Assembly: GCA_964035545.1 (NCBI GenBank)
Contig: OZ037766.1
Coordinates: 16,296,722 to 16,360,721 of the forward strand
From: Bugula neritina
Taxonomy: Eukaryota > Animalia > Bryozoa
Direction: 5' to 3'
Length of the DNA: 64,000 bases
Positions 44,697 through 58,600 of the stretch are shown here, piece by piece. Below the pieces are notes generated by a model, which searched no databases, was not told the origin of the DNA, and saw only the letters and a list, made by a program, of their open reading frames with translations. The first letter of the stretch is position 1; every line of letters begins with the position of its first letter. The position numbers and the translations under genes were made by a program.

Positions 44697-46633
44697 CTAC
44701 AAAATATATGTATCACTCAATAATATCACCATATACAGCATATAATGTATCTATCATGTCAGAAGTTTGTTTTATTAGACCTCATGCTACACCATGCTGT
44801 GTATCTCAATAGTTTTTCACGGCCAGCCCTTGCATTTAGGCTAGAATTAAAAGAATGAGACTCCAATTCCTCATCTACGCTTGTTTCACTTGCATGGTTT
44901 GAGTCTCTAACCCCCTATTTGAAACCCATTGGCATACCTTTAGAGACTATAACTTCTTTTACTGCAAGTACCTCGCAGAACCTCTACCCTTCCCTACCCA
45001 CCGAACTGCGAGCAGCAGTTACTGGCTGCTTACAGTGGACATGTAAGCTTTGAATAGTCACAACGTATTCATTTAAATAAACAAGCAAGTGTAAACTGAT
45101 CTTCATAGCATGATTGCTTGATTAAACAATGTACAATTAAATGTGCAACAGATAAGTCAAAATACTTAGAAATAAGATAGCATCTCTATGTGGGTGTAAT
45201 TAGAAATTGCATCATGTTGGGAGAGGAGTAGAGTCAAGTAGAAAACTCTTCTGGTGGTGAGAGTTTTATTAATGAAGGTTGCTAAACATGCATTGCTCCA
45301 ACAGAACTACAACTTTATAATTTGTATTTCTGACCTACATAATGTTATAAATTTATTATACCAAATTTTCTGCAAATTGGAGTTACTGTCTCCTAGATTT
45401 AGAACTCCTGTCAATAGAGAGCATAAAATAGGTCAAACTGTGGGCATATATGAGAAAAATTCCAAATATAAAGTGAAAATATAACACACATGCACAAACC
45501 TTATTATAATTGAATAGTTTTGAAAGAAAATCACACATCTTCCTAGCATTAGGCTTTTAAATAATCATCACTAATGTTAAAGATGCCTGTGGAGAATGCA
45601 TGTTGTTCCAAAGCTTATCTAACAACTAACAGCAACATTAAGAATTTTGTAAAGGATAGCAGTTTTAATATTTCATGTTAGCCACAACTGGGATATTATG
45701 GCTGTATATTATTCTACAAATTTAGTTACACAACTATATTGTGTCTGTAAGTAAAATTACCACGAATTTTTGGCTTACAGTGTGATCTTCAACACCACTA
45801 TTTACACCATTTAGTAACCCTACTCTCAGCTTGCTGGGTAGCATTAATGAAGCTTCAAATTGTTGTATTGCGAGTACAAAAATTAGAACATTACTAAAAA
45901 CTTAACCATTGATTAAAATGTAAAATTTGTTTCAAAATGATCGATGTCAACTTCTCATTTCATGTTAGAGTTAGGACTACTTCAGGTACAATTAAACTAT
46001 TGAAAGAATAATTGATATATAATGTAACAGAGAAGCAATATGAATATACACCCAAATATGCAGTTTGACAGAAATTTTCCAAATTTAAAAACTTCTAAAA
46101 AGGAATTCATGGCTGTACAAACTGGGAGTTTTAGAAGACAAACATGATCAAAGAAGTTGTTTAGTTGAAGCAAATAATATTGAATTCTCACTTAAAATAT
46201 TGTAAGCAAAATACTGTAAAAACCTCACTTTTCAAGAGTAATGTTCTTGTAAAAATCAGATTAAAAACATCTTGCGGGATTCTATAATTAATGTTAAACA
46301 TACTACATATATAAGCTTAAAAATTGTTAACCAGCTCTTTAAAACCTTCTATGAATTATAGAGAGCTTACAAGAGGTAGAATTCGTTACCTACAATTGTA
46401 ACCAGACCCTGGGGTGTTGTTATAAATATGCCAAACTAAGCTTAAGATATACATGTTCTAACACTCATAAGCTATGAATGTAAATTATCTGTGCTTACAT
46501 AATATTTAAGCCCAGTAGGATTTGAGTAATAACAGCATATTTCAGTATATAATCATTTAAATTATATTAGTATCAATATGAAACTCAGAACAACCCAATG
46601 CAGTGATATAGACAGTGTAGACATAGAACTTAC

Positions 46634-49600
46634 CTTTTGTTACTCAGACTTTTACTGCTGCTGAGTGAATACGTTGGAGACGTTAGCCCAGCGTCCACAG
46701 ACAGAGTACGATTCACAGACATGTCTGAGGCATAAGTAGGGTTCATCCTTCGTAAATCTTTCAACATAGCTTCAGTGCTTGTACTGCTGGAGAGAGCAGG
46801 GTCTGTTACATCTAGCCTGTGTTCACTGCGAATATCCATGGTATCATTTATATCCAATGCGCTCCTTGATGTGGCAACTTCAACCCCAGTGTCCAAGGCT
46901 ATGGAGGAAGGGGCTATTGTAGGAGTTAGAGGTGGTGGTAAGTAAGTGGGTGGAGGTGGTGGAGTGAAAATTGGTTCTTCTGTGTGATGCTTTGCTATCC
47001 TTTGAACTTTCAGTGTTTGAGTTTTACGAGCCGTCACTGGAGTTACCTTCACAACATATAAATACTAATTAATATACCATAATATAGTTAAGAACAGTCA
47101 ATGTACATGTAATGTACATGCGTAAGTAGTTGTAAGTGTACATTGCAGGCTATCATAAAATACATATATGTGTATATCAGAACTTACTAACAAGTTGTAA
47201 TAAAGCCAGTGCATATGCATGTAATATAATGTTCTTTCTATATTAGAAAGATAAGATACCCTGACTCTAGCCGAAGGCAGTTATATGAGTATAACTGAAG
47301 CCTGTGAAGTAAACTGTTAGATAATAAAAACTGGCACTTGCTGAGAAGTATGTGAGACTGGCGCTGAGATGGCATGAGAGACTGGTGAATGGGCTGGGAG
47401 TAGAAGAGGATGTTAGTGTTTGTTGAGCAATCAGCTCACACTGACTACTTTCTTACATCAGCATTTCTTATAGATAGACCATAGACTGCCGTACTGCAAA
47501 CTCAAATGAGCAAGCAATGACTTTGACTAGACTATGATTACCTTTTGTTAAACTTACATGATATTATTTTTTGTGGCAAGTCAAAACAGTTAACAGTCAA
47601 CTACCCAAAGACAATCTTGTCAAATGTTACACTGCCAGCTCAAGGTAACAATATGACCCAGCAACTATGACCCAATAATTATGGTTCAGTAACTCTGTCT
47701 CAGTAAATATGACCCAGCCACTATGACTTAGTGACTATGACCCAGTAACTGTGTCTCATTAATAATTATTAATAAACTATAACTCATTGATATCCATTCA
47801 TTAACTATGACTTATTAACTATATAATATTGATGTCTGTTAAAACAATTTTATGCCATTATCTCCCATTAGGATACTATTGCATAGATAATTTCAAATTT
47901 TAGTGAAAACTAATTTTGAGATTAATATATAAGCATGCCTAAAAACTTTTTAAAAACCATCATATAGATAATGTAACAACTAACTTATAGATATTTTGAT
48001 ATATACGAAAGTTTAAGCAGCATGAACAGAGCCAATTACTTTATTCATAGATTAAATAATGTTAGCCTGTACTAGATTCATCTTTTTCATTATGTAATTT
48101 TGCTGTGACATTTTAAAGAGATTAAGCAAGAACAACCTGTGCCAAATACAAAAAAGATTTTATACAGGCATGTAGTGGCTCCAATGGTAGTATGTATATA
48201 CACAGTTGTAAGATCTCGCTGAAAAAGTTACAGCATGCACAGTTTACAATGTGGCTCTCACAGCAGATTAAGTCTCATATATCCTTTTAAATCAGTACCA
48301 AGTCCTGTTCAATTATATTTTATTACCTATTTCTTTAGTTAACAAGCAGTCAGGTAAGACTGCTACTTCTCCTAACACTAAAGTGTATAGTAAAACTTCT
48401 ATACTGCAGAACTAGCAGAATTCTTTCTTCTAGATGATAAAATAATGATAAACTAATGGCAGCTCTAGTGTTCTGTGCTACACGCAGTATACGCCCTTGC
48501 ACTGAGTAATGTATACATTGTAGTATGTGCTTACAGATCTTGCAAATCTACTATTAAATGGTTATACAATCATAATTAACATACTTGCATGTACCTGTAG
48601 TTATGTACACTGAAAAACAACTGTATATCTACAGATATTCAATGTTTAGCCCTCATAAGTCAGTGCTATACCTTGTTAGTGTAATAGCTTATTCACACAA
48701 TCAACAAATTGGACGAATAGCGGACCAAAATGGCACGACGAATAGAAATTTTGTTAGTTTTGGATCACGTGATCGGACAATTGCGTCAATTGCGCCAAAC
48801 TAGCGTTCTTTGATTGGTCTGACAGCAGAAAATTTTGTTCGTTTTGGATCACGTGATCGACTTTTCATAGTTTCGTTGGAACCTGACCCAGCTAGGTTTC
48901 AGCTGACGAATTTTTTCTGATTGCACTCCATTGGCTTATTTCAAAAAGCAAAAAGCGCGGGCATAATTCACATGGCAAACATTGCGGCATTGTAACTAAA
49001 TTAAATAATCAATATTTTAGTAATATTAATAATAATAAATATTGATTAATTGAAATAAGCAAATTTGTAGAAAGCATATTATTTTGCTAGTCAGCAGCAT
49101 CTTAAAATTATTTCAAACAGTTTTCATGACGGAAGTACGTTTTTTATAGAAATTATCATAGCTTGACCAGCTGCATGCTCTTTGTGATCCTGAATACAAA
49201 GATGCACGTAAGCAACTGAGTCGATGTGCACAATGAGTAGCAGTGACTTGAAAAAAAGTTAAAATGTAGTTAAATTGAAACTGATGCAACTGAATCATTT
49301 CACCTAAAGTAGACACTCCCAACTTCTATTTTATTTTATAATTGTTCCAGCTAAAACATCTTAGCTATAGTTCTTTTATAGAAAAACTACTATAAAACAG
49401 GTCATTTTAATTTTTTATTTTGCAACAATAAAAAATATAAGTAGAATGAGTAATGAAAGGCTACGAAAAAAATAAGTAATCAGTTTGAGTTTGATATAAA
49501 AGCACGACCAGGGCATTGCAGTTTTACGTGTCATTTTCATTTCCTTTTCACAGTCCAACTGTTGTTAAACATAAATCTACTAAATCTTTAGCTTTTGTTT

Positions 49601-52600
49601 AGCTAATAAATTTGTCATAATTTAAATGTTTCATATTTGATTATAATTATTTTATTAACGCAAAATTTTTACTTAGTTATCGCTAAATTTAACAAGTCAC
49701 AACTTTACTAGTAAAAGCACTGTTGCTAAGCAACTATACACTACTATTGCAGCTGGCGCGACAAAGAGGTGCGATGATTGTTAGTTGGGCATTCGTCGGA
49801 CCCAACGAACTAAAAAACGTCGTGTGTGAATAAGCTATTAAACAACCACACATAGCAGAACTGCTAAAGTTAGCCACATCAGCACTACAATCTTCATACA
49901 TGGCATATGTGCCATAAACTAGGTAGACCTGCAATAATTATTTCAGAGCACCTGCTAACAGCTGGCTGTAAAGTATGTAGTAGTAGTAGTGGTATAGTAG
50001 TAGTAGTAGTAAGAGCCTACGCATATATGTGAAATACAATGCTGTTTGTACTTTGTATACTAACAAGGCAGCGTTAGCAGGACAGTTTCAAATGCTCACA
50101 CTCATGCAGTATTATTAGAGTGCTTAAATTAAGCCAATCTTTTTAATATAGATCTATGTGCACTGTGAAAGTAAAGTGTGTGGTGTAGGATCACTTTATT
50201 ATGCTGTCATGGTGCACGTTTGTAAACTTATATTAAGCTAATCTTAAAAATTCTAAAATTTTACAAATATCAAACGTTTTTGAAACATTTGCATACAAAT
50301 GCCCATTATTAGCTTGTTGTAGCTTTTGTCATAGAAGTAAGAAATATGACTATATATTAATTATTATGTAGCCAACAGCAAACGCTGTGAGATAATATTT
50401 CAGTATTGAATTGAGAAAAAATGGTTTCTCAAAAATTTAAATTATGCCTAAAGACTTTTTGAAGTGGTCACATTAAATGTCGCAGCAAAAGGTATTTGAG
50501 AAGATAACAGATAAAAGCATAAACTATGAATGCTTTGAACACACTTGGTGAAAAGTGAAGTGTAAGAAATAACATGTCAGCTATGTGCTATCTTTTGAAT
50601 TTATATTCGCATGTAGCAGCCCATTCGTCTTTGTAAATAGTTTACTGCAGAATTTAACAGCTTAAGTTTGAATAGTTAAAATACTTGATGATATACTATA
50701 TTATACATATATCAAGAGCAAATGTCTTACAGTGAGATGAAAATTACGAATGAATTTTCGAATCAGGTCTGATTACCTTACAGATTAATGTTAGTGTGCC
50801 AATAAGGTACTATAGTACTATAGTACCTATAGCACTTTTTCATACATTAATAAAAAGAGCAACCACAGGTAAAATGTCAGTTACTTTGCTTTACTGTGTA
50901 TAGTGTTTTGCATGTATCTTTTTTTAAATAGTCAACTACTAGATGTATACATGCAGTGTGTTTATAACAAACTTTGTTACTTTTACCTAGTGGTCATTGC
51001 TCCTTTATCGGTAGGAGTTTCACTTTTACATATTGGCTACAGAGACCCAGCTGAGCAGGAGATCTGCAAGGCGTATGTGTAGCTTTGGGACTTTTAGAAG
51101 GTGCTCAATATTTTATAGTCATTTGTAGCTCCAAACCAAAAGACATAAACCCAATATAAGAAATAAAGCAAAGCCATAGTTCAAAATAGTTATATGCTCT
51201 CTCTGTTCAGGTTTCTATGCCCATGAACATTGTATAAAACTCACACAAGTTTATAGTCACCTTCCCTGTGAGAAACCTCTGATGGAAAGAGTTTTTCTTA
51301 GATCAGGCTAAGGACTCAATAAGATGAGGAACAGGAGCAATAGTGATTGGATACTCTTCCTAACATCACCAATGGTCTGTACTGGAGATGGACTATGCCT
51401 GGTGTTTACTAAGCAACTGCTCTAACCCCTAGACCAGGCTGCTCCCTGCCCACTAACATTATATCCTATTCACTAAATAGGTTAAATTTTATGACCATTT
51501 CCTATAACAGTAATGGACAGACTTCACAACCTGGGAGAGTGTGATGTTATCTTCCCAGAGGTGGCTCATACTTTGTATTGTTTATAACTTCCCTGGTAGT
51601 CACATGCTTGACATTCTTTAAATTTACTTGCAAGCACTGCTTGACCCACAAAAATATGGTAGGCTGCTGCAGACTTGTTGTGACCAATTACTCTTTAGAA
51701 TATTTATTTCACATCATAAAGTTACAGCAGCAGCAGCAATTAATAGTATTGAACTAGAAAATTAACTTATTAAACTAGATAAGTACTCGGGAACTGTAAT
51801 ATTATTGCATATCATATATGAATAGAATAGGCCAGTAAACTAACGTCACCTTTTCTTCTGCTTACTCAGAATTTAAACTGAGTTCCTACAGTAACTTTAG
51901 CTTTTTTACATACAAATGAAAAGGCTTTGGTAACAGACGCAGGGCATATTACAGTGTTGCATTATACTCTTTGGTAATAGGCACAGAGCATATTACAGTG
52001 TTGCATTATACTCTTTGGTAACAGTGGAAAACCTATACAAAGAGCATTTTGAAGATTTGTATTGCTTGCTTGAGTTCTTGGAAGTACTGCAAGCCTATAT
52101 ATAGCAGACTGTGTTTACGAAGAAGATTGTCGAATTCATGTGGAGAATATTTCCTGTAGCACTATTGAACCAATCGCTCAAGGTTATGGCATGCAGATAA
52201 TTAGTTGGGAGTCGTCAAACCTGGTTAGAATCCTGGTATCTCATACAATTGCTACTTTAGACCAGGTTCTTCTAAATAGATGTATACTTGATAATAGTTG
52301 TGTTTCCTATGACAACCTGGCGCAGGAGAAGGGATGTTTGAGGATCGCAACTATTTGCTTCTAGCTACGCTAGCAAAGTAGTCTAAGAAAGACTACATTT
52401 AAAAACCAGTCTAGCATAACTTACTAAACAAATGTTTGACCCTTTTAACCAGAGCTGCTTCTTAAATTGCATAAACTGAAAACTAGTGATGACCTAATAG
52501 AATATAAACACATACATCTATTATATTGCTAGTTGAGTTTTTAAAACCTGAGAGCTGAAACTAAAATTGACTATTTCACTGCTCAATCCATCAAAATCGT

Positions 52601-55600
52601 GACTGAAGGTATTTTCTGCACACCTATAAATTAGCTTGTCTCTAAAATTGCTGCTCACAATCTAAACTTGTCAGATTGCATGTATTTTCACATTTTCAAT
52701 GAGCAATAGTCCTTGCATGTGACTTAAATCGGATGATCAGATCCAAAAGATCTTGACAATATTAGGGAGAAATGCTCATTTCACAGACTAACACACTTGT
52801 TGACAGTGTTGATTCTGGAGTAAGAATATAGATATAATTTGCATAAACCAATTGTGTTATTTGTAAAAAAATGAATATTTTGCCTGTAATATGTTAAAGC
52901 ACACCTGTGTAAAAAGATACTATTTTACTTTATGATATAGCATAACGGAACATAATGATGTAACGGCAGTAATAAAGACTCACCTGTATATTATAATCTC
53001 CATGGCTTTGAGCGGCTGAATTGTTGGTAATTTTAAAATAAGGTAAACTGTGGGTAATCTTTAGTCCCGGCCTGCTTTTGTTCTCAACCTTGCTAGAGTT
53101 GTTATTAATGCTGCCGCTGTTACTCCCTGCAACAAATTAGGTTGGCTTTGGTTAGCTAAGTTATTTGTTAATTAGTAGTACAGTCAACACCTTGAGTAGA
53201 GTAAGTGTTTATAATAGTCTGTACTAGTTTAATATCACGCACACACGCACATGCGCACGTTACTATAGTGGAAATCATTATCGTGGAGCCGGATGAGTAT
53301 CTATGCTAATTTATTTACTGTTGAACAGTTTATCTATAGAACCTTATTCCAATGACTGCAAAGAAGCATATATAAATAAATTGATTAGATAGGTCATGAC
53401 CAAGGAAAAGGACAATTTTTATAGCATATCATTTTCCTACAATTAATTAATAATAATATTATAAAACTGTTTGGTTTTTTTCTGTGTCTATTTTTCGAAT
53501 TATAATTTTCATTTTCAATAATGTAGTTATTTCAATGCCTATACCTTAAGGGTTAATAATGTATACAAAACTTCGAACAGCACGTATATGGATACTATAT
53601 TCTTCTAACAAAATATGCCTTATTTATACAGCAGCAAAAATGCACACATTAAAACGTAGTAAAGAAATTTTGAGAAACTATACTGCTAGCTAATCCTGAT
53701 ATGGCCATATTAGGCCACATTTTTAATTTTTTTTATATGAACAAAGATTAATCTCCACCTTTTTAATTTTGCTTCTTTCACGGAACTTAGCCATTAAATA
53801 TTTAGTATTATAAAGAAAATGCAGCTTCTACTAGCAAAGTCATATTTATAAATGAATCAGAGCTAGAAAGTTTCCATGCAGCTCAGCATTATGACCACAC
53901 CACATCATGTATGTTACAGAGAATCTAACGAAACTTCTTATTGAGGAAACAACTCTCAGTAATCTAAGTTTTAGTCATAAAAAGCAAAAATCAGGCTGCT
54001 CCTGAGATTTTCTTAAAAACTTTATTCAAAAAATTAGGAGTTTACTTTTAAGAAAAGCATCCAATTAATTATTGTTTATTTTTGTTTTAATAGTTTAATT
54101 TATAATAAAGTTGCATGTGATCATATTTGAGGCATTTTGCACATATTTCCAGCTAAATTGGCCATTTAAATTATTTAACTACTTGAATAACTACTTCGAT
54201 TCTATAAAATCTGTACGATGTTTGTTTGCAGCTGGTAAAAAGTTGTGACTTGGACATACATTTTAACCAAGCAGACTTTAGTGGAATGTACAATCCCTCC
54301 ATACCTAGAGTTGTTGCCACCTTAGGGCTTAGACTGCATAGAAACTAGCAGTAAACCATATTAATTTACGTCCGTATCATCTCAATTATCCACTTTTCTA
54401 CAGGTCTGTCATCATCCATATTTTTAAGGATGTTTTAACACTAAAATTAGTTTGCTTAGTGATTAGTAGATACGTATATATACTAGTACTTTGAAGCTAT
54501 ATAGTAAACAGGAATTAAAACATTTAAATTTCAAAATATCAATTCTTCAAATAATAATGATTTAACTTGATATTTCAATTTTGTAAATTATTCTTGTACT
54601 CTAGTCAATTTCTAAAAGTTAATCAAATTTGTTTAATTTTGATTGTATTTAGAGATTCTTTTAGTGTGAGATTCTCTGCATCATCCCATATAGAACTAAT
54701 ATAGTAGCAGTGCTGTTGAACCCTAACAATTAGTATAAAGCTAAGATTTTCCAACATTGCAGGTGAATTGATTACTGTATTACTTAATTATAATAAATCA
54801 GTTAATGAACTTCCATCGGAATGTATGCATATATAAAAGATGTACAGTAGTAATAGGTGCAGAGTAGTATTGCTATAATAGGAATTTATATCTGAGTTGC
54901 CAGCTAAAAGCATAACTCTATACTTGTGCCAAGAAAGTCGGTTTAGGTTTTGAAAAACTGCCCATAAATTAAATCTTATTAGTTATCAGTTGACTCTACA
55001 GAATAGCATGTGCAGTTCCCACTGGGATTACATGACACGTAATATAAACAAACTTTTCTTAAAACAATGATTGCTAAAAATGTGGGTGCATTTGTTACAC
55101 ACACAGTAGTAAGAATGTGTAGTTGATATAAAACTAAATAATATATGCTGAGATACAGGTCTTCAACTTATATCGATTAGTTTTCTGCTTGTTTTATGTA
55201 TGCAATGGCATTGCTATAACATTTTTAGTAGTTTCCAGGGCAGTAATAAACAAAGCACTAAGATTATTTTATATGCAAAATCCTTCCCAATGGTTTGAGT
55301 GTAAGGGTGCCTTAGCTCAAATTAGCTTCTGTTATAAAAGACTAATTTCTTCACATTACAAGATATTTAAAAGTATGTAGCAGTGGGAAAATATGAGTTT
55401 AACTACAATCATTGTCGACCTGATTAAAAAAAAAATTAAAAGCAACTTTCAGTAATTATTAAAAAATATTTGAATTACTAATACAAAATAGTTAATTATA
55501 TTAAATTGAAAAATATTTCGAAAGCAATGAAATGTAACTACTAAATGTGGAATCACATAATGTATGGAGAAGCTTTTCTGGACCCAAAACTCATGGTAAA

Positions 55601-58600
55601 GTTAGGTAGGTGAGAATTGCAGTGGAGAAATGCAATGTTATTAAAATTAAATGTTTAATTAACCAAATGGTTTACAGGTTATATATAAACCATAATCTAC
55701 CACTGATCTTTTTATAAGAGAATAAGATGATTATAAATTTTCAAGTCCTAAAGATACATTAATGTAGGAAAATTATCGTACATGCATTTTTAGTAATGTA
55801 ACAATTTGTTTCATTGTTTTTTATTTATAACTGTATTCCATTATTTAACACTAATTTATTGCAAAAATTTTACAAAACAAACTACACAAAACGAAACTAG
55901 TTTTCCATTATCATTGAATATTATTTGATTAAATGCATGCAGTAAATAATGTTATTCATATTATGATATGGCTGTCCAGTCCTACACCTGTTCTAGTGTG
56001 TTTTAGTTATATCACTTTTTATGACAAGACCTCTATTGTTACATTTTTAACAAGACATCCTTGTAATCTAAACTCTTATGAGATGCCCTCTGTGAAACTA
56101 CAAGCTGCTTTGCTGGGTATCTAATAATGCTTATTGTATGTTGGGAATGCACTTAGGTATGTGTGTCATCCATGACTATGGACAAAATAAAAAATGTAGT
56201 TTATTTGTACTGTGATGTAACGCAGCATTGTAATTTACAGGGATAGCAGTATCTGGTTCAAGTTTTACCTCATTTACTCAAGAAAATTCTTCAACATACT
56301 ATAGTATATAATGGAAAGGCTACGTTGAACGATAAATTGTTGGAATTCTCATTTTTCAGACATACAAATTAATTATTGTAAAGTTTTAAAAAGTTGTAGC
56401 CGGATCAGACTAAAACAAAATTTTCAAGCAAATGTTTTAGAATTATGAGTCTGAGCAAATGTTTGAAAGACGCTACAAGGTGGGGAAAGGGTAACACTAT
56501 TTTCTACTAGGGCTAATACCAACACAGGTTATTTTTTGGTTTATGTTATGTTTAGTTGAGTTGATGATTGATTTAGCAGCTTAACACTTTGAAACATGGC
56601 ACTTGATCATCACCTGTCAACTCAATCATCTTGTACTCAAGTAACTTCACTGATAAACATTGTATGCTTTGTAAAACATCTTTGCACCATAACTATGCTC
56701 AAACTGTTGTACTCCAAACATGTAGGTTCTACAACACAGTGCTGATATGTAGTGCCCAGCTTCTTCACACTCAACGTTAAACATGCCATAATTCTTTAAG
56801 ATGTCAGAGTTAGATGTATAATGCAGAGGTATCTTTATTCTCCTAATATAGATTCAGAGGGTGAATAGTTGAGATAAAGTCATTTATTAGACAGATAGCT
56901 TGTCACCTAAACTTTGACAGTATTATATAATCAAACTTCCAATCAATCCCATCAGACAACACAAATTAATCTAAGATAGCCTATGTTAATAGTGGCTTTA
57001 AAAATGCAGTTGTTTAATAACTAATTCTTAAAATATCAGTCATAGACTCAACATATAGCTTTCAAACAAGTATTTGCAGACAGTTGAAAGTTCTGGAAGA
57101 TTTCATTACATGCTGTCATAACAGGGCTGTAAATGTTTATCAGTAGTCAATGCATTTTTTAAATTAAATCTAAAATAAATCATCTGGAGGGCATGATCGA
57201 CTTTTAGGTCTAAAAAGTTATGCAAAATTTAGCTGCGCATGTTATAGAAAATATTACTTGGCATATTTTATGCAGGTCAATGGTTAAAGGTAGAATTGCA
57301 GCAGTCAAACTATTTGGCACTGAGCAGATTGACAGACAAATATTTTGCTTTTATAGCTATAAAAGTAAAATTTTTAAACCATATACAAAACATCTACACA
57401 AATTTTGCATCAACATATGCGGTTTTTTATGTTAAAAACTACTCAAGATAATCAGCTTAGCGAATTATTTGAAAAGTTTTACTTTGACTAGTTAAATGCT
57501 GCAATGGGATAAACAAGATGGCTGCCAGTCACAAACACAGTTGGCTATCAAAGTTTTTGACCACATTTTAGTGTAAATAAAAAATGAAGCACACTGACCA
57601 GAGTCTACCATCCTGGTTAAAAAGATCATTAATTTCCTAGTCATTAACTTTAAGCTACTAAAATAGCTGTTATAGGCAGTAAAATAGTCATATGTTTTTA
57701 TTACCTCAAGCAGTGATCTTCAGTTTATATTATACCTATAGATTTTACAAGCAATCTTACCCCTATCAGTTTTATAAGGGGTTCCCACAAGAATAGTGAC
57801 TATAAACATGCGTGAGTGAACCCTACAAGGGCATGGAGTTGTTTTGCTGTTCAGTGAGATTAAATCATAGAGGAATACACTATAAAATAATAATGTTGCA
57901 CATTTATAACAATTTGTCAAGCAGAACTTAGTCTATGCTACCATATTGAAAGTGATACCTTACATGTACAAATGAGAGAAGCATACATCACAAGCAAAAC
58001 CAAAAACATATAATTTTAAATTTTGTAGAGAAGTTTTTTATGATCAAAAACTTCTAAACTTGCATTCCCGACAATACCCAAAGCAAGTTTTTAGTTTTCT
58101 ACAACATATCGTTCAACACTTTTCTGACTAACAATCAATAAATGGAAAAATAGCGCACTCATTTTCCTAAAGAGCAAATTACAGTTGCAAATTAACATTT
58201 CTGTATAGTTTCTATGTCCAACTTTCCGCTGAGTAATGAATGTTTATGTATGGTTAATCTGAGCTCCTATTCAAACAGTTCTTTATTCCAGTCTAGGGTT
58301 TAGTAGAGCAGGATTTAAAATAAACCCGTTCTCGATCATTCACAGCAAATGTTTCTAAATTACTTCTTAAAATGTTAGATGTCAAATGCATAATCTCACC
58401 GTTAGTAGCAAAACTTGGTGAAGTTAGTCTATCAGGAGTATAAAAGGAGGCAGAGAGCCTGGTACTTAGTCTTTTTGGCTTTGGAGGAGGTTTATTAGAG
58501 CCACTTTCCTTCCCAGCTGTCTAAATTGATAATATTTTCTACATAAATTATGTAGCTATAATTGTAAGTTGGCACAGTACTCACAGGGTGAAGTACGCCA

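Noticed and set aside
47260-47301. 42-nt candidate HSPA12 exon
   Set aside because: In-frame TAA in the phase needed to join exon 47046.
47650-52024. CRISPR-like reading of the 14-bp and 44-bp tandem repeats
   Set aside because: No unique spacers, no cas genes, eukaryotic intronic context.
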